DNA of 42,914 nucleotides from a bacterium (GCA_020629735.1 JAHDCT010000001.1:1-42914); one strand, 5' to 3'. Positions 10,787 to 22,893 are shown, counted from the first letter of the stretch. The notes: generated by a model not told the origin, from the sequence alone. Numbers and translations are program-made.

Positions 10787-11317
10787 ATGTTAAGTAAAAA
10801 AAATAAAAATAAAATAGGTAATACCTCAGTAGGTATAGATTTAGCATCTTTAGAAGCTGCCTTACTAAAAGGTGGATTTGTTCCCTGTGATGGGAAACGC
10901 AAGATTTTATTCATCGTTGGTATTAACCACGATTCGAAAAATCATAAAAACAACTTTGAATTTGGCAGTTCAAGGTTTGTGCTTAAAAAACATGCCACAA
11001 GTGCCCCCCTAACTTCCTTTGATGTATTCGATGAGTCGTTCAAAGAGGAGACTGCAATAAAAACCACCATCACTAAAGTAATTATTCCAGATACTAAGCG
11101 CTTTACAAAAAAGCAAAAAGGTATTGTGGCATTTGGTGAAGGTACACTCATCTGGAACAAAGGAGTAGTTGAGTTTACATCAATTTCACTAACAAGAAGT
11201 AGGTCTATCGAAGAAGGTAGCCTTCACAAATTAAAGTGGTACGACGGCTTGAATGAAGTCGCTACAAGAAGAACTTCATACGCATCATTTTATGATTTTT
11301 TATATGATGTGAAATAA
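10787..11317 (+). CDS. UGA-free small protein, paralogue A (176 aa), possible Gly-Gly-type leader
   Basis: ATG at 10787 (MLSKKNKNKIGNTSVGIDLASLEAALLKGGFVPCDG...KGIVAFGEGTLIWNKGVVEFTSISL...). Shares ALLKGG(F/I)xP and G(I/V)(V/L)xFG(E/K)(G/A)TLxW(N/S)xGx(V/I)xF with 11510..12004. 13 Gly, none encoded by TGA. Confidence 0.75.
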   Translation: MLSKKNKNKIGNTSVGIDLASLEAALLKGGFVPCDGKRKILFIVGINHDSKNHKNNFEFGSSRFVLKKHATSAPLTSFDVFDESFKEETAIKTTITKVIIPDTKRFTKKQKGIVAFGEGTLIWNKGVVEFTSISLTRSRSIEEGSLHKLKWYDGLNEVATRRTSYASFYDFLYDVK

Positions 11318-11340
11318 ACTATCCTTTTCTATTTTTCAAA

Positions 11341-11420
11341 GTACAGAGAAGACCCGTTAAGATATTTATCGGAAGGGAAATACTGGTTCGACCTCATAGG
11401 AACGGACCAGTCTTTTTTTT
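11341..11420 (+). terminator. conserved 3' UTR element plus intrinsic terminator (copy 1)
   Basis: GTACAGAGAAGACCCGTTAAGATATTTATCGGAAGGGAAATACTGG..., then stem ACTGGTTCG (11382-11390) / CGGACCAGT (11403-11411), then T8. Near-duplicate of 12016..12096. Confidence 0.7.
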
Positions 11421-11509
11421 ATAGAATAAAAATATTGTCAATATATGTTGTATATAGGAGGTAAAAATGTATTAGTAAAGTTTCCTGTACACAATAAATA
11501 GAAACAAAT

Positions 11510-12004
11510 ATGATAATACCAGGTACCACAAGTATGTCAGTATCAATAGGGAATATGATGCTTGGCATTGCTTTACTAAAGGGCGGCATTATGCCGGATA
11601 ATACAGAGCATACGCTCAATTTCGTCTCGGGCGTTGGCTTTGAAGACGATATAAATAAATTCTATTTTAATAGTAGTTGTTTTGTAAACACAACAAAAGG
11701 TAATAATACTTTTTTAGAGTTTACGAAAAACTACACTCAGGGTTCAGTCAATAACCTTGCAGCTCTTCAAGTTGAGATGTGTGAAACACCATCTTTCAAA
11801 GACGAAGAAGGGGTCTTGGTTTTTGGCAAAGCGACGCTTACCTGGTCTGATGGCAAAATAAAGTTCGCTAACATGGAGATAGAACAGTATGCACCCATTT
11901 CCATATCTGATTTAAATAAGCTTCACAAACCAAATAGCTTAGGTAAAATCAGTAACAATCTTAAACAATTTTTTGAACTACACGGCGTTGCCGTATCTAA
12001 ATAA
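11510..12004 (+). CDS. UGA-free small protein, paralogue B (164 aa)
   Basis: ATG at 11510 (MIIPGTTSMSVSIGNMMLGIALLKGGIMPDNTEH...EGVLVFGKATLTWSDGKIKFANMEI...). 14 Gly, none encoded by TGA. Paralogue of 10787..11317. Confidence 0.75.
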   Translation: MIIPGTTSMSVSIGNMMLGIALLKGGIMPDNTEHTLNFVSGVGFEDDINKFYFNSSCFVNTTKGNNTFLEFTKNYTQGSVNNLAALQVEMCETPSFKDEEGVLVFGKATLTWSDGKIKFANMEIEQYAPISISDLNKLHKPNSLGKISNNLKQFFELHGVAVSK

Positions 12005-12015
12005 TTTTACGAAGT

Positions 12016-12096
12016 GTACAGGAAAACACCCGTGAAGAAAACTTTCGGAAGGGAAATACTGGTCTGCCATGATGTGGTTGGGCCAGTCTTTTTTTT
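12016..12096 (+). terminator. conserved 3' UTR element plus intrinsic terminator (copy 2)
   Basis: GTACAGGAAAACACCCGTGAAGAAAACTTTCGGAAGGGAAATACTGG..., then stem ACTGGTC.. / ..GGCCAGT with G-U and compensated positions relative to copy 1, then T8 (12089-12096). Overlaps the stop codon of the convergent gene 12095..13777. Confidence 0.7.
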
Positions 12097-13777
12097 ATGG
12101 GAGGATGTGGGAGCCTGGTTTTGAGATGAAACCGATAGATATAGAATTTTTCGCTTCATCAAGCGAGACTGTAAATTCATATAATCAACCATGACATGAA
12201 ATTGGGAGCTCTCTTGAAAGCTTATTTCTCAGATAATTTTGAAGAGGAAGAATTATCTTGCTTATCATCTCATTTTTATTTTTACTATAACTTGAACGAG
12301 GGAACTCTGTATTAAAAACATCTCTTCAAGGTGAGTTAATTAATTTCAATAGTATATCTACAGTTGCAGACTGAGATTGAATATCCTTTGAACTTAGCTT
12401 TTCTCATAAACAATATATCTTTTTTGAAATCCCATCTAGCAGAATATCTGAACTCGACTCTTTTATAATATCTTTCATTTTCACTGGTTTTTTGAATCCA
12501 GCATCATCATAAAACAAAACACTATTTTTATTTAAATAATCAGAATACAATCAACTACCTAAATCCTGCTCAATCTTAATTCACTCTTCATCCACATTCT
12601 CCTGCGACGAATCGTAATCTACGTACAAATGCGTTCAAAGACTTAAATTAATCTCTTTACATATTTTTTCTAACCTTTGCACCACTACTCAAGATTCAAC
12701 AATAATTAAAATTCTTCAATATCAATCTAAAGTTGTTAATGGTAAAGTTCAAAATCTTTCAACTCATCAAATCTCTTGACTCAACTTCTGATGAAATTCA
12801 ATACCGAATGAAGTCATCACATCATTACTCATATGTTGTAAGAATACTTTATGTGATATTCAAAATAGTCTATTCAAATTTTTCTTGCTTGGAGATGATA
12901 TATACTGATTTAACAAATAAAATAACTTTAGATATTTTTGATTTAAGATATCGTCATCTTTTCAGAAAGTATCATAAATTTGTCCGAGTAAATTTTTACT
13001 AAAATAATCATCAAGTCACTCAAAATCTTCATACTTAGAGCTGATTGTTGAGTTCTTTGGTAACTTACCTCATCAATCAATGATAAAAAATTCAAATCAC
13101 AAATATTGAACTTCATTAAATACTCACTTAAATTCTCTAATATTACTCTTTATGTAATTTACACTTATATTTGATCACATATCATTAATACATGTTGCTC
13201 ACAAATTCGCGACCGGAAAACAAGTTTCTTTAAGACTTGCATAAACATGAAATCAGCTATCGTTTCATAACAACCCAACCTCTTTCCTCATTCTAAAACT
13301 TAATTCAGCTATTCTTTTGATTAAATCTACCGTGGGAAACCTGAAATTTGTTTTTTCATCTTTCAAGTAAATAAATAAAGCAGACAATAAAATAAAAAAC
13401 GATGAAGTAAATAACGATCATTGCCCTCTTCTAAATTCAGAAAAAAAATTAATCTCACCAAAATCCACACTATAAATTCATGCATATTTCAAAATAAGAT
13501 GATTTAACTTTTTTGCGCTACTACTACCGTACAAATCGTTTACCTTCATTTTTTCTATAGTTCATTTACTTATATTACAGTATACAAAGTCGCCCAAACG
13601 TGATTTACTACCTTTTTTAGAAAATCAAAGATATATTTTCCTATTTATCTTCCAATATACTTCCGCAGTTAATATATCTTTTTTTAATCACACCATTCAC
13701 CATGGTATTACTTGCGGCAGACTAAGTACTATAGAATTTTGTAAATAAAAGTTACTTTTTTCTTTATCAATTGACAT
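12095..13777 (-). CDS. hypothetical protein (560 aa), possible C-terminal OmpR/PhoB-like winged-helix domain
   Basis: ATG at 13777, TAA at 12095-12097, walked codon by codon. C-terminal ...DGISKKIYCLGEKLSSKDIQSQSATVDILLKLINSPGRDVFNTEFPRSSYSKNKNEMISKIILPLQNYLRNKL loosely follows the trans_reg_C pattern (target, K-E/D, LL..L, then helix). No receiver domain is evident. Confidence 0.8.
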
Positions 13778-13875
13778 ATTTTTAAAACATATAAAGTATA
13801 TGTATTTAGTAATACCAAATTATACATATATGTAAAAGAATAAAGCACGAAATATTTTTCTCTTTCCATCTCTAC

Positions 13876-13900
13876 AAAAAAAAACCTCCCAACCGGGAGG
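13876..13900 (-). terminator. rho-independent terminator of adhesin-like gene
   Basis: On the - strand: CCTCCC-GGTT-GGGAGG followed by T9 (plus-strand A-run 13876-13884), 34 nt after the stop codon. Confidence 0.7.
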
Positions 13901-13933
13901 CTTTTCTTTTTACCTATTCTACTTTACTCATTT

Positions 13934-16900
13934 CTATGCGTCAGCTCATGTAGCTGGGAGTAATGCTGGAAGTTCATTATCAAGAACTCACGCTGATCCA
14001 TGTTGCTCGAAGTCGAATGCTTCTAGTTCGATTTCTTCTTTCTTTTCTTCTATGATTGCAATAATCTTGTTGTCTTCTTCTGTGTATACGATTGGTTCTT
14101 CTTCTGGTTCTTCGATTACTTCTGGTACTGGTTCTTCTTCTGGCTCTTCAACCACTTCTGGATCATTACTTGGAGGCCTTGAACCTGTTCATCCTGTATC
14201 TTCTTTACTCATAAGTACTACTTGAGCTGGATCGTGATCATCTTCGTCTCCTCCATCGAATCCACTTTGATCGATTACGTTGTCGTCATCTAGGTCATCT
14301 GTTTCACCTGCTTGGTTAAAGTTTCCATCATCTGGTGTACTATCGATATCAAATCCTCGATCAGCTCCGTTATCAGAACTAATTTCAGCCCAGTTTCTAA
14401 ATACTTCGTTTCCTTGACTTGCGTCTACGATGTATGTTACTGGAATCGTTAGTGAATCACCTGCAGCAAGTACATAGGTCATTGAGTCTGCTGTTTGGTC
14501 TCCGTTATCTGTCCAGTCTGCATCGTTCAAGATCAATCCTACTGGGATATAATCTGTTACTACGATGTCTTCTGCGTATGTGTTACCTTGGTTTACAATA
14601 GTAATTTCAAAGTCAGCGTCTCCTTGGTCAATTACGAATGGCAATTCTCCTGTGTATTCCTTGTAAAGAGCTAGATCATGGTATGGATCTACTACAAGCA
14701 ATGCTGGATCATGGTCATCTTCATCTCCATTATAGTTATCAACTACGTTGTCTGTGTTGTCGTATACGTCGTCTGTTTGATCAGAGTTTGGTGTACTATC
14801 AACATCGTCTCCGTCGTCGTTACTAATTTCAGCCCAGTTCCATAGTTCTCCAATGATATGGTCATCTACGGTTACTGAGATATCTACCGTTACTCCTGTA
14901 CCTGGTTCTAGTGTTCCTGGTACCGTGTATGTAGCTGTTCCATCATCATTTACTCCCCAGTCTCCACTTGTTACGGTCAGTCCAGCTGGTACGTAATCAG
15001 TAATTACAATATCTGATGCTGGCATATTACCTTGGTTGAATACTTCGATAGTAAAGGTAGCAGCTGATCCTGGATAGAATGGTCCATCTGTTACAAGTAC
15101 TTTTGTAAGAGAAAGATCATATACGTCTCCAATTGGAAGTACTGCAGGATCGTGATCATCTTCATCACCTCCGTTCTTACCGTCTTCATCAATTACTCCA
15201 TCGTCATCAAGGTCGTTTGTTTCACCGTCTTGGCTGAAGTTTGTTGCGTCTGGCATACTATCTACGTCGTCTCCAAATGCTGCACCGTTATCTGCGCTAA
15301 TTTCTGCTCGGTTCACTACTTCTCCTGTAAGATCGTTTTCATAGCTGTTTACTACAAGTCCGATTGTTACGATTTCTGATTCACCTGGAGCAATCATGTC
15401 AGCAACTGTGTGAGTCGCTGTTCCATCTCCATTGTCATTCCAGTTTGCATCTGAGAGAGACAATCAAGCTGGGATGTAGTCTGTAATTTCTACTCCATCA
15501 GCAACGATATTTCATTGGTTTGTTACTCTAATTTCAAAGGTAGCTACATCTCCTGGCTCTACCACATCAGTCGTCACAAGGTATTTCACAAGTGCTAGAT
15601 CGTAATACGGATCAACTTCGATTGACGCAGGATCATGGTCATCTTCGTCTCCGTTTTCGTTGTTAATTGTATCGTCTTCTGGACTTTCTGCTAGCTCATC
15701 ATTTATTGTATCTGGTGTAGAATCCCAGTCACCTCCTAAGTAAGCTCCATCATCTGAGCTAATTTCAGCCCAGTTTGTTACCGTACCGAGGATGTAATCA
15801 TTTACTTGAAGATCGATGCTTACTGTGGTTGATTCTCCTACTGCAAGTTGATCAGTAATAGTCATTGCAGCTTCAGTAGCTGAAACATCATTCCAATCAT
15901 CGTCAGCTAATGTCATTTCAGCTGGAATGTAATCTGTAATGGTAAACATATCTGCTGGTACTGTACCTTGGTTTGTTACCGTAATATCAAATGTTACGAT
16001 ACTTCCTGGGTAGAATGGTCCTTTACTTGCAAGTGTCTTCACAAGTGCTAGATCATAGTAATCAAGCGTAATCATTTCTGGGTCATGATCATCTTCATCT
16101 CCTCCATTCTTACCGTCTTCAGTATTAATGTTGTCATCGTCTAAGTCGTCAGTTTCACCATCTTGGTTAAAGTTGATTGAATCTGGCGTACTATCTACAT
16201 CTGATGTTCCGTATGTTGTATCACTATCGTCGTCAGCAATTTCTGCCCAGTTGATAGCTGTACCTGTTTCTGTTCCGTTGTTTACGAATGAAACCATAAT
16301 TTCAGCTGTTTCTCCTGGTGCCAATGGTCCTACTGCATTGTTGTACGTAGCCACTCCTGCTCCAGCAGTCCAATTAGTATCTGCTAGGTCAAGTCCTACT
16401 GGGTAGTAGTCTACAAGTCCTCCGGCTGGGATTGTTGCGTCAACCGTACCTTGATTTTCAATAGTGATTACAAAGGTTGCTGTGTCTCCAATTCCGTATG
16501 CTGATGGTGCTCCTACTGGCAATGTCTTGATAAGGGCAAGATCATACACATCAATAATAATTTCAGCTGGATCATGATCATCTTCATCACCTCCATTTAA
16601 TCAATCTTGATCAATTACATTATCATCACTAAGATCATCTGTTTCCCCATCTTGGCTAAAGTTTTCTGAATCTGGTGTACTATCTGTATCACTTACCGTT
16701 GATCAATCAAACCCTAAGAATGAACTAACTTCTGCCCAATTAATTATACTTCCTGCTGGGGTATCCATATCTACAGTAAACTCAATAGTCACTGTATTTG
16801 ATGCACTTGCAGCTAGGTCGAATGGTTTTACTAATGTAGCTGTTCCATCACCATTATCATTCCATGCTGTATCATTTAATGTTAATCAAACTGGAATATA

Positions 16901-19900
16901 ATCTATTATTTCTATTGCTGTAGCGTCCATGTTCCCTTGATTTGTTACCGTAATCTCGAAAGCCACTGAATCCCCTGGAGTTACCACGTCTATTCCTGCT
17001 GCTACTACCTTAGCAAGAGCCAAATCATATACTGGTGGAGATACACTAATTGTTGCCGGATCGTGATCATCTTCGTCTCCATTTTCATTCTCTACAGTAT
17101 CATCTTCTGGACTTTCTGTTGTTTCGTCATTGATTGTATCTGGTGTACTATCAGCATCATTTCCATCATCTACACTAATTTCTGCCCAGTTGGTAATATC
17201 TCCATCTATCACTGTTCCATCAAAATCGAAGACAATGTCTACTGTCCCTGTTTCTCATGCTGCTAATGCTCCATAGTTATATGAAGCTGTCCCATCTAGG
17301 TTATCTGTCCATCCTGAATTTGTAGCGTTCAGTGTTAATCATGCTGGGATATAATCTGTGATTGTGAACCCTGCACTATCGATTGTTCCTTGATTTATTA
17401 CTGAAATAGTAAAGGTTACTGTATCTGTTATAAGATAAGGACTGTTATCTGGGTTAGCTACTTTTGTAAGTGCTAGATCGAATACTGGAATTACTACCTC
17501 AGCCGGATCATGATCATCCTCATCTCCTCCATTTAGACCATCTTGGTCAGTTACTCCATCATCATCTAAGTCATCTGTTTCTCAATCTTGATTGAAGTTT
17601 GTGCTATCCGGCGTACTATCCGCATCACTTACCGTTGACCCATCAAACCCTAAGAATGAACTAATTTCTGCCCAGTTAACAATACTACCTGCTGGCGCAT
17701 CTGCATCTACCGTAAATTCAATAGTTACTGTATTAGTTGCACCTGCAGCCAGATCAAATGGTGTCGCTAAGGTAGCTGTTCCATCTGCGTTATCTGTCCA
17801 TGTTGCATCATTTAGTGTTAATCCTGTTGGCATATAGTCAGTAATTGTAACTGCTGTAGCGTCCATATTACCTTGGTTAGTAACTGTAATATCAAAGATT
17901 ACTGGATCTCCTGGTAACACCTCATTGGTTCCTGCTGGTGTCGACACCACCTTTTCAAGGGCTAGATCGTATACTGGTTCTTCGGTAAGCGTTTCTTCTA
18001 CAGTCGAACTATTATTTGTTAATATTTCTTCTGTACAAGTACATGCTTCTGCTCAGATTTCCATCTCCCAAGAATATTCATTTAATACTGCAGCATTAGC
18101 TTCAGCTGTTGCTGATATAGACATTGAAATATCAGTACTAATTGTTTCACCTCAAGATACAGGGATATTCGTCCAGGTAATTACTCATGGGACTGATGTA
18201 TCTGGTACTACCCCATTTATTTCTGCTACAATTGGATTTTCTAGAACACCACCGTATGTATCTGTCAGCGTCACTGTTCAAGGTCTTGAATCTGGATTAC
18301 TTACAGAAATGGTATACGTATGAGTGCTTCAAGCAACGATCGCTGTAGAATCATTTGTTCACATAGTTTTTGATCAGGTTGGCAGCGGTGGTGGTGGTGG
18401 TGGCGTATACGTGTTTTCTATAGTTCATGTGTCTTCTGCATTGTTATTATCTGTTACATCTACTACAATTACTCCAAATCCGTAATCATATCATACTGTT
18501 GATTCGAAATCAAAGGTTGCTCAATTTGGTGCATTTGAACTAATAACAAATTCGTGAGTCATAGTAACACATTCTCATGAAGTAAGAGACATATCATTTG
18601 TCATAATCTCAGCTCCTTGAATGACTACTGAAGCACCCGCTGGCTCTCATGTAGTACTTACGTGACTTAGAAATTGTGCGTTATATGATACTGTATTAGC
18701 AATATTAGTCATATCAAATGCACTATCATTACAGGTAATTGACTCATATAAAACCGTCTCTCATGGTACATATGCACTCCCTCAAGCAGGTGGAGAAACC
18801 GTTGTTCACACAGAAATATCTTGACCTGGTCACTCAGCACATGCACTTACATCCAATGTCGCTGTTGTTGTATTATCATCTCCAGGATTTGTTCCTCATG
18901 GAATTATTGACTCTACTTCTGGATCCCATGAATATGTATCATATGAACATCCAACTGTATTACTCGTTGCCGCACATGGATAATAATCACTGAAACCTGT
19001 TGTATCAGTTCATTGACTCATGGAAGATGAGACGTGTGCAGAATTCGTATATGTTTCAAGAGCTCAACTTGCTGGACAGACTGGAATCAATTCGACAACT
19101 ACTTCCATAGTATCTGCAACATCACAGGTAAGAAATCAAGTAATTGCTACTCAACTGCTTCAATTTTGTGCTATGTCTGCGTCTACAAAAGGAATTCATC
19201 ATGCATACCTCACATCAGTCCCTCACACACTTACTGTTGTAGAGTTTGCAGCTATCGAATCTGCTAGATACGTATTATATTCTTCATAAGTAAGAGTCGA
19301 ATAAGCTCAAGTATCAGCACATACATCACCATCTGATCAACGTACTCCTACTTCAAGACAATCATTTCTTGTATAGAAGAGTTCTGGTTCATATACTGGC
19401 CCCGCTAGAGCTCAAGTATGTTCTGCTAATACTTCAAACTCGAAATCTGCTGCTGATAAGTTTGCATTTGCGTAAGTAGGAATTATCTTCGCCATTGTTG
19501 ATAGAAATGAATCATATCATACAGCATCCAATGCCTCATTAAGCAGTCCAGTGTTAATATTTCAAAAGAAAGTCTGCGCCAAAGAACTAGATAAAATACC
19601 ATTTAACGCATCCAACTGAGTTAGTGTTTCTGCGTCAGCAAGAGCTGGAGTATATCCGTTTTGCAGGTAGAGATTATAGATTCTATTATACTGACATTCG
19701 TACATCCAAGAGTATACGTTTTGATACCCCGCTCAAGCTCATGCTTCATACCATTGTGCATATAAACTATAAGCATCAACAATTGCTGATATGTGGGCTG
19801 AAACAATCGCTTCGTCCTCAGAGCTTCAATTCGCAATATTAGTAGCATAGTATGTTTGAATTCATGCCCAATATGCTTCTAATACAGAAGCTTCAATTTG

Positions 19901-21943
19901 TAGTATTTCATTAAAGAAACTAGGATCATCTAAGATAGCATTTCATGTCGGAACAGATGTAAATCAACAACCTCACGGAGTATATGCTCCTTTAGCAAAG
20001 AAGAGAGGATCTGGAAAGTCTGACCGTAATTCAGGCGCCTCTGTTAAAGGAGGAAAGATTGAAAATGCAACCGTACCTCATCCAAAACTGTCGTATCTCA
20101 CTTCTGTGATTCATTCACACTCTACTTTTTGATCTTCAGCATATGCAGTTGTTAACCATTCTACATAATCAGTATCCTCTAGATAGGTAAATTCATCATT
20201 AGAAACTACTCCATTAAAGATAAAGTTATCCCCCCAATCATCACCAATATATCAATACGTCCACACAATTGGGTCAATTTCAGCAAATGACGCATTAATT
20301 GTCGCGTGAACTGGCTCTAACGGATTAACCGCTCATGAAATTGGAGCTCAACTTGTATCTGTAAATTCCTTACTATTCACCGCCCAATCATGTTGAGCAG
20401 ATCCTCATGGAGCACCTGGACATGAGTTCGCTGTTATACTAACTGTAGCCTCGCTTGCATTGTTACCTACATTTGTTGTATTTACAGCGTTTCAAAGCAT
20501 GATTTCAGTTCATCACGCTTGTGCTCCAGACCTTACTGTTAAGATTCAATCGTTTGCCTCAAAGGTAATATCTGAAAGGTTTTCAACCGTACCTGGATTA
20601 CATCATGCTTGTACATTATATGTTATCTCAATAAATCACTCATCAGTTCCTCCAGGATTCCCATCATCAGCTGTTAAAGAAATATCTCTAAAAACTAATG
20701 TATCCGTTGGATTAGGAGGTCATGCCATATAATAATCATATGATGTTAGTCAAGAAAAGTTAAATTGAGCTTCTGGCATATCAGCTCAAAGATGAGAGGT
20801 GTGAGAAGCATAAGAAAGAAATCCTCATCCTGAAGTCATCTGATCAACTATTACAATATCAGTTAGGTCTTGACTTGAGTTATTGCTATAGTCTAGTCTA
20901 AAAATTACCTGCTCTCCATCTGAATATGTCGTAGCTCATGTTCCTGCAATCGATTTTACAATATCGATATCAATAGGAGGCTGAGTTAACTGAACCTCTC
21001 ATGTATTGTTCCCACCTGGATCCGTTTCTGTACTCCAGTCTGTAAGGTATAATACTCAATCTCAAGTTGCAGATATATCAAATCTACCTATTTGAGCATA
21101 ATTATTAATTTCAAGAGCTCAGTTGACTAGCACTTCAAATGTTACGGTAATTGTTTCTCCTGCTGCTCAATCTACTAGGGGAACTGAATCCCATACCAGC
21201 TGATCAAAATCACCTATTGCCTCTACAACTGTTGGGGCAGCTAAACCAGGAATAGTACTTGTATATGAAACGTATTGTAAATTCCGATCTTCAAAGTAGT
21301 CAACTATTCTTATATCATTTTCAAGGTATCCTGAATTACCAACGGTTAGTGTAAAATCAACCATATCTCCTTGTGACACAACTGTTGATGTCGTTGTTTT
21401 ATCTAACGATAAATCATAATCATATGATGGAGGAGGCGAATATACTATTGCACTCGATGCTCCTTCTCAACTATAACTAGCTCCTGGTAAACACCCAGCA
21501 CAGTCTGTACTTTCGTTATTTGGAAGTGCTAGCGATCACGTATTTGAGATAGTATCTCACGCTACTGCTCATCAATCAACTATAAAATCTACCGTGATAG
21601 ATCCAGATTCATCTGCTGCCAGATCTAGTCAGCTCCACTCAAGCGTTCATGCCCCAATTGTATCTGGAGTTACACTTGCTGTGTCAAACGTCAAATTAGA
21701 TCAGAAGGTGTCAGTGATTGTAACTCAGTCTGCTGTTGCAGGTCATGAATTTACATAATCAATCTGATACGATACCGTATCTCAAGGACTAACATCTCAC
21801 GTTGTTATTAACGTTTTCGTAATTTGCAGATCGTTTGGATACGATTGGGCAAATACAAGATTAGAAAAAAATGCTTGTATCAGAAGCATTGTTATTGCAA
21901 ATCCTCTCAGCAAATTTGCAAAAAATCAGTTTTGTTTGACCAT
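13934..21943 (-). CDS. giant secreted repeat (DUF11-type) adhesin-like surface protein, 2,669 aa
   Basis: All five standard-code fragments (14189.., 15512.., 16886.., 17582.., 21167..) share one frame. I scanned every inter-fragment segment and found only TGA, with no TAA/TAG, from ATG at 21943 to TAG at 13934-13936. N-terminal signal peptide MVKQNGFFANLLRGFAITMLLIQAFFSNLVFAQS. At least 8 modules of ~130-140 aa (YDLAL.K...PG....F.I.V.NQG...A....ITDY.P.GL...NWAEIS.D.G..D.DSTPD...DD....GGDEDDHDPA). A non-repeat middle region spans ~18.3-20.3 kb and includes a PPPPPPLP linker. Confidence 0.9.
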
Positions 21944-21975
21944 TTTTTGTTTGTAAATATAAAAACAACGATAAC

Positions 21976-22004
21976 ATTATATTATGCAAACAGAATTTTG
22001 TCAA
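21976..22004 (-). promoter_or_regulatory. consensus sigma70 promoter of adhesin-like gene
   Basis: On the - strand: TTGACA (21999-22004), exactly 17 nt (AAATTCTGTTTGCATAA), TATAAT (21976-21981). It lies about 30 nt upstream of the ATG at 21943. Confidence 0.65.
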
Positions 22005-22127
22005 ATTTCAACACACTTGTTTATAACAGAAAACTTTACTCGCTCTTTTCTCTTTATGATTACATAAAAAAACACTTCTCGATTTTTTCAAAAAGTGCTT
22101 CTATTTTTTCTCTAGCATATTACTTCC

Positions 22128-22757
22128 CTATTTTCTTGTTGCTAACTGGGTTACCCCATCATACACAACCTGACCTTCTTCAATCAACAAATCAACTGAA
22201 CTTGGAAGGAGAATAGAAACTTGTGATCACAACTTAATTAATCCAATTGTATCTGCAGAATCAACTTCTTCGTCAAGCTCTACGTAATCTACTATACGTC
22301 TTGCTAACAATCCTGCTATCTGGACTATTTTATAGGTAAATCAGTCGTCTGTTTGGAAGGTAAGTTCATTACGTTCATTTTCGAAGTGAGCCTTGAGTCC
22401 TCATGCATCTCTCACTGCGTTTAGAAAGCGTCCAGGTACATATTCTTCTTTAATTAGTTTACTCTTGAGTGGAGCACGCTGGTAATGAACGTTATGCAAA
22501 TTCATTGCAATGTTAATCAGATAACCTGATTCTCAAATATCTTCTGTCTGCGTTTCAAAAATAGCTGCGTACTTCTTTTTCACATCAACACTCTCTCCAT
22601 CTCGTTCTATAATACGGCTTACTTTTCCATTAGCAGGAGAAAGAATTACGTTTTCATCTTCAACTCCTACTCTTTCTGGATCACGAAGAAAATATCAAAA
22701 ATAGAAAAGTAAGAGAAGAACTAAAACCCCTAAAGATCGAGTAATAACGTTTGGCAT
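22128..22757 (-). CDS. psd: phosphatidylserine decarboxylase proenzyme, short (archaeal-like) type, 209 aa
   Basis: ATG at 22757, TAG at 22128-22130, frame checked. N-terminal TM helix. ...VILSPANGKVSRI...YLINIAMNLHNVHYQRAPL...YVPGRFLNA... and the self-cleavage motif GLIKLGSQVSILLP. The Gly of LGS is encoded by TGA. Confidence 0.8.
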
Positions 22758-22855
22758 TATGATATATATTGAAAAATAGAATAAAGAAGACTACTGCATC
22801 TTTTGATTTACTATATGAATCTTTTCTAACGATGCAATTTTTCCTTTTCGCATAT

Positions 22856-22893
22856 AAAAAAAAGCGGATTTGCTGTTAATTCAGCAAATCCAC
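22856..22893 (-). terminator. rho-independent terminator of UPF0182 gene
   Basis: On the - strand: GTGGATTTGCTG-AATTAA-CAGCAAATCCGC followed by T8 (plus-strand A-run 22856-22863). Confidence 0.7.

Noticed and set aside
17925-18323. Plus-strand standard-code ORFs antisense to the adhesin gene (17925..18323, 19020..19289, 20460..20732, 16128..16406 and others)
   Set aside because: They lie opposite a verified 8-kb code-25 ORF. They have low-complexity or odd composition and no start context. They are best explained as antisense frames kept open by the repeat composition.
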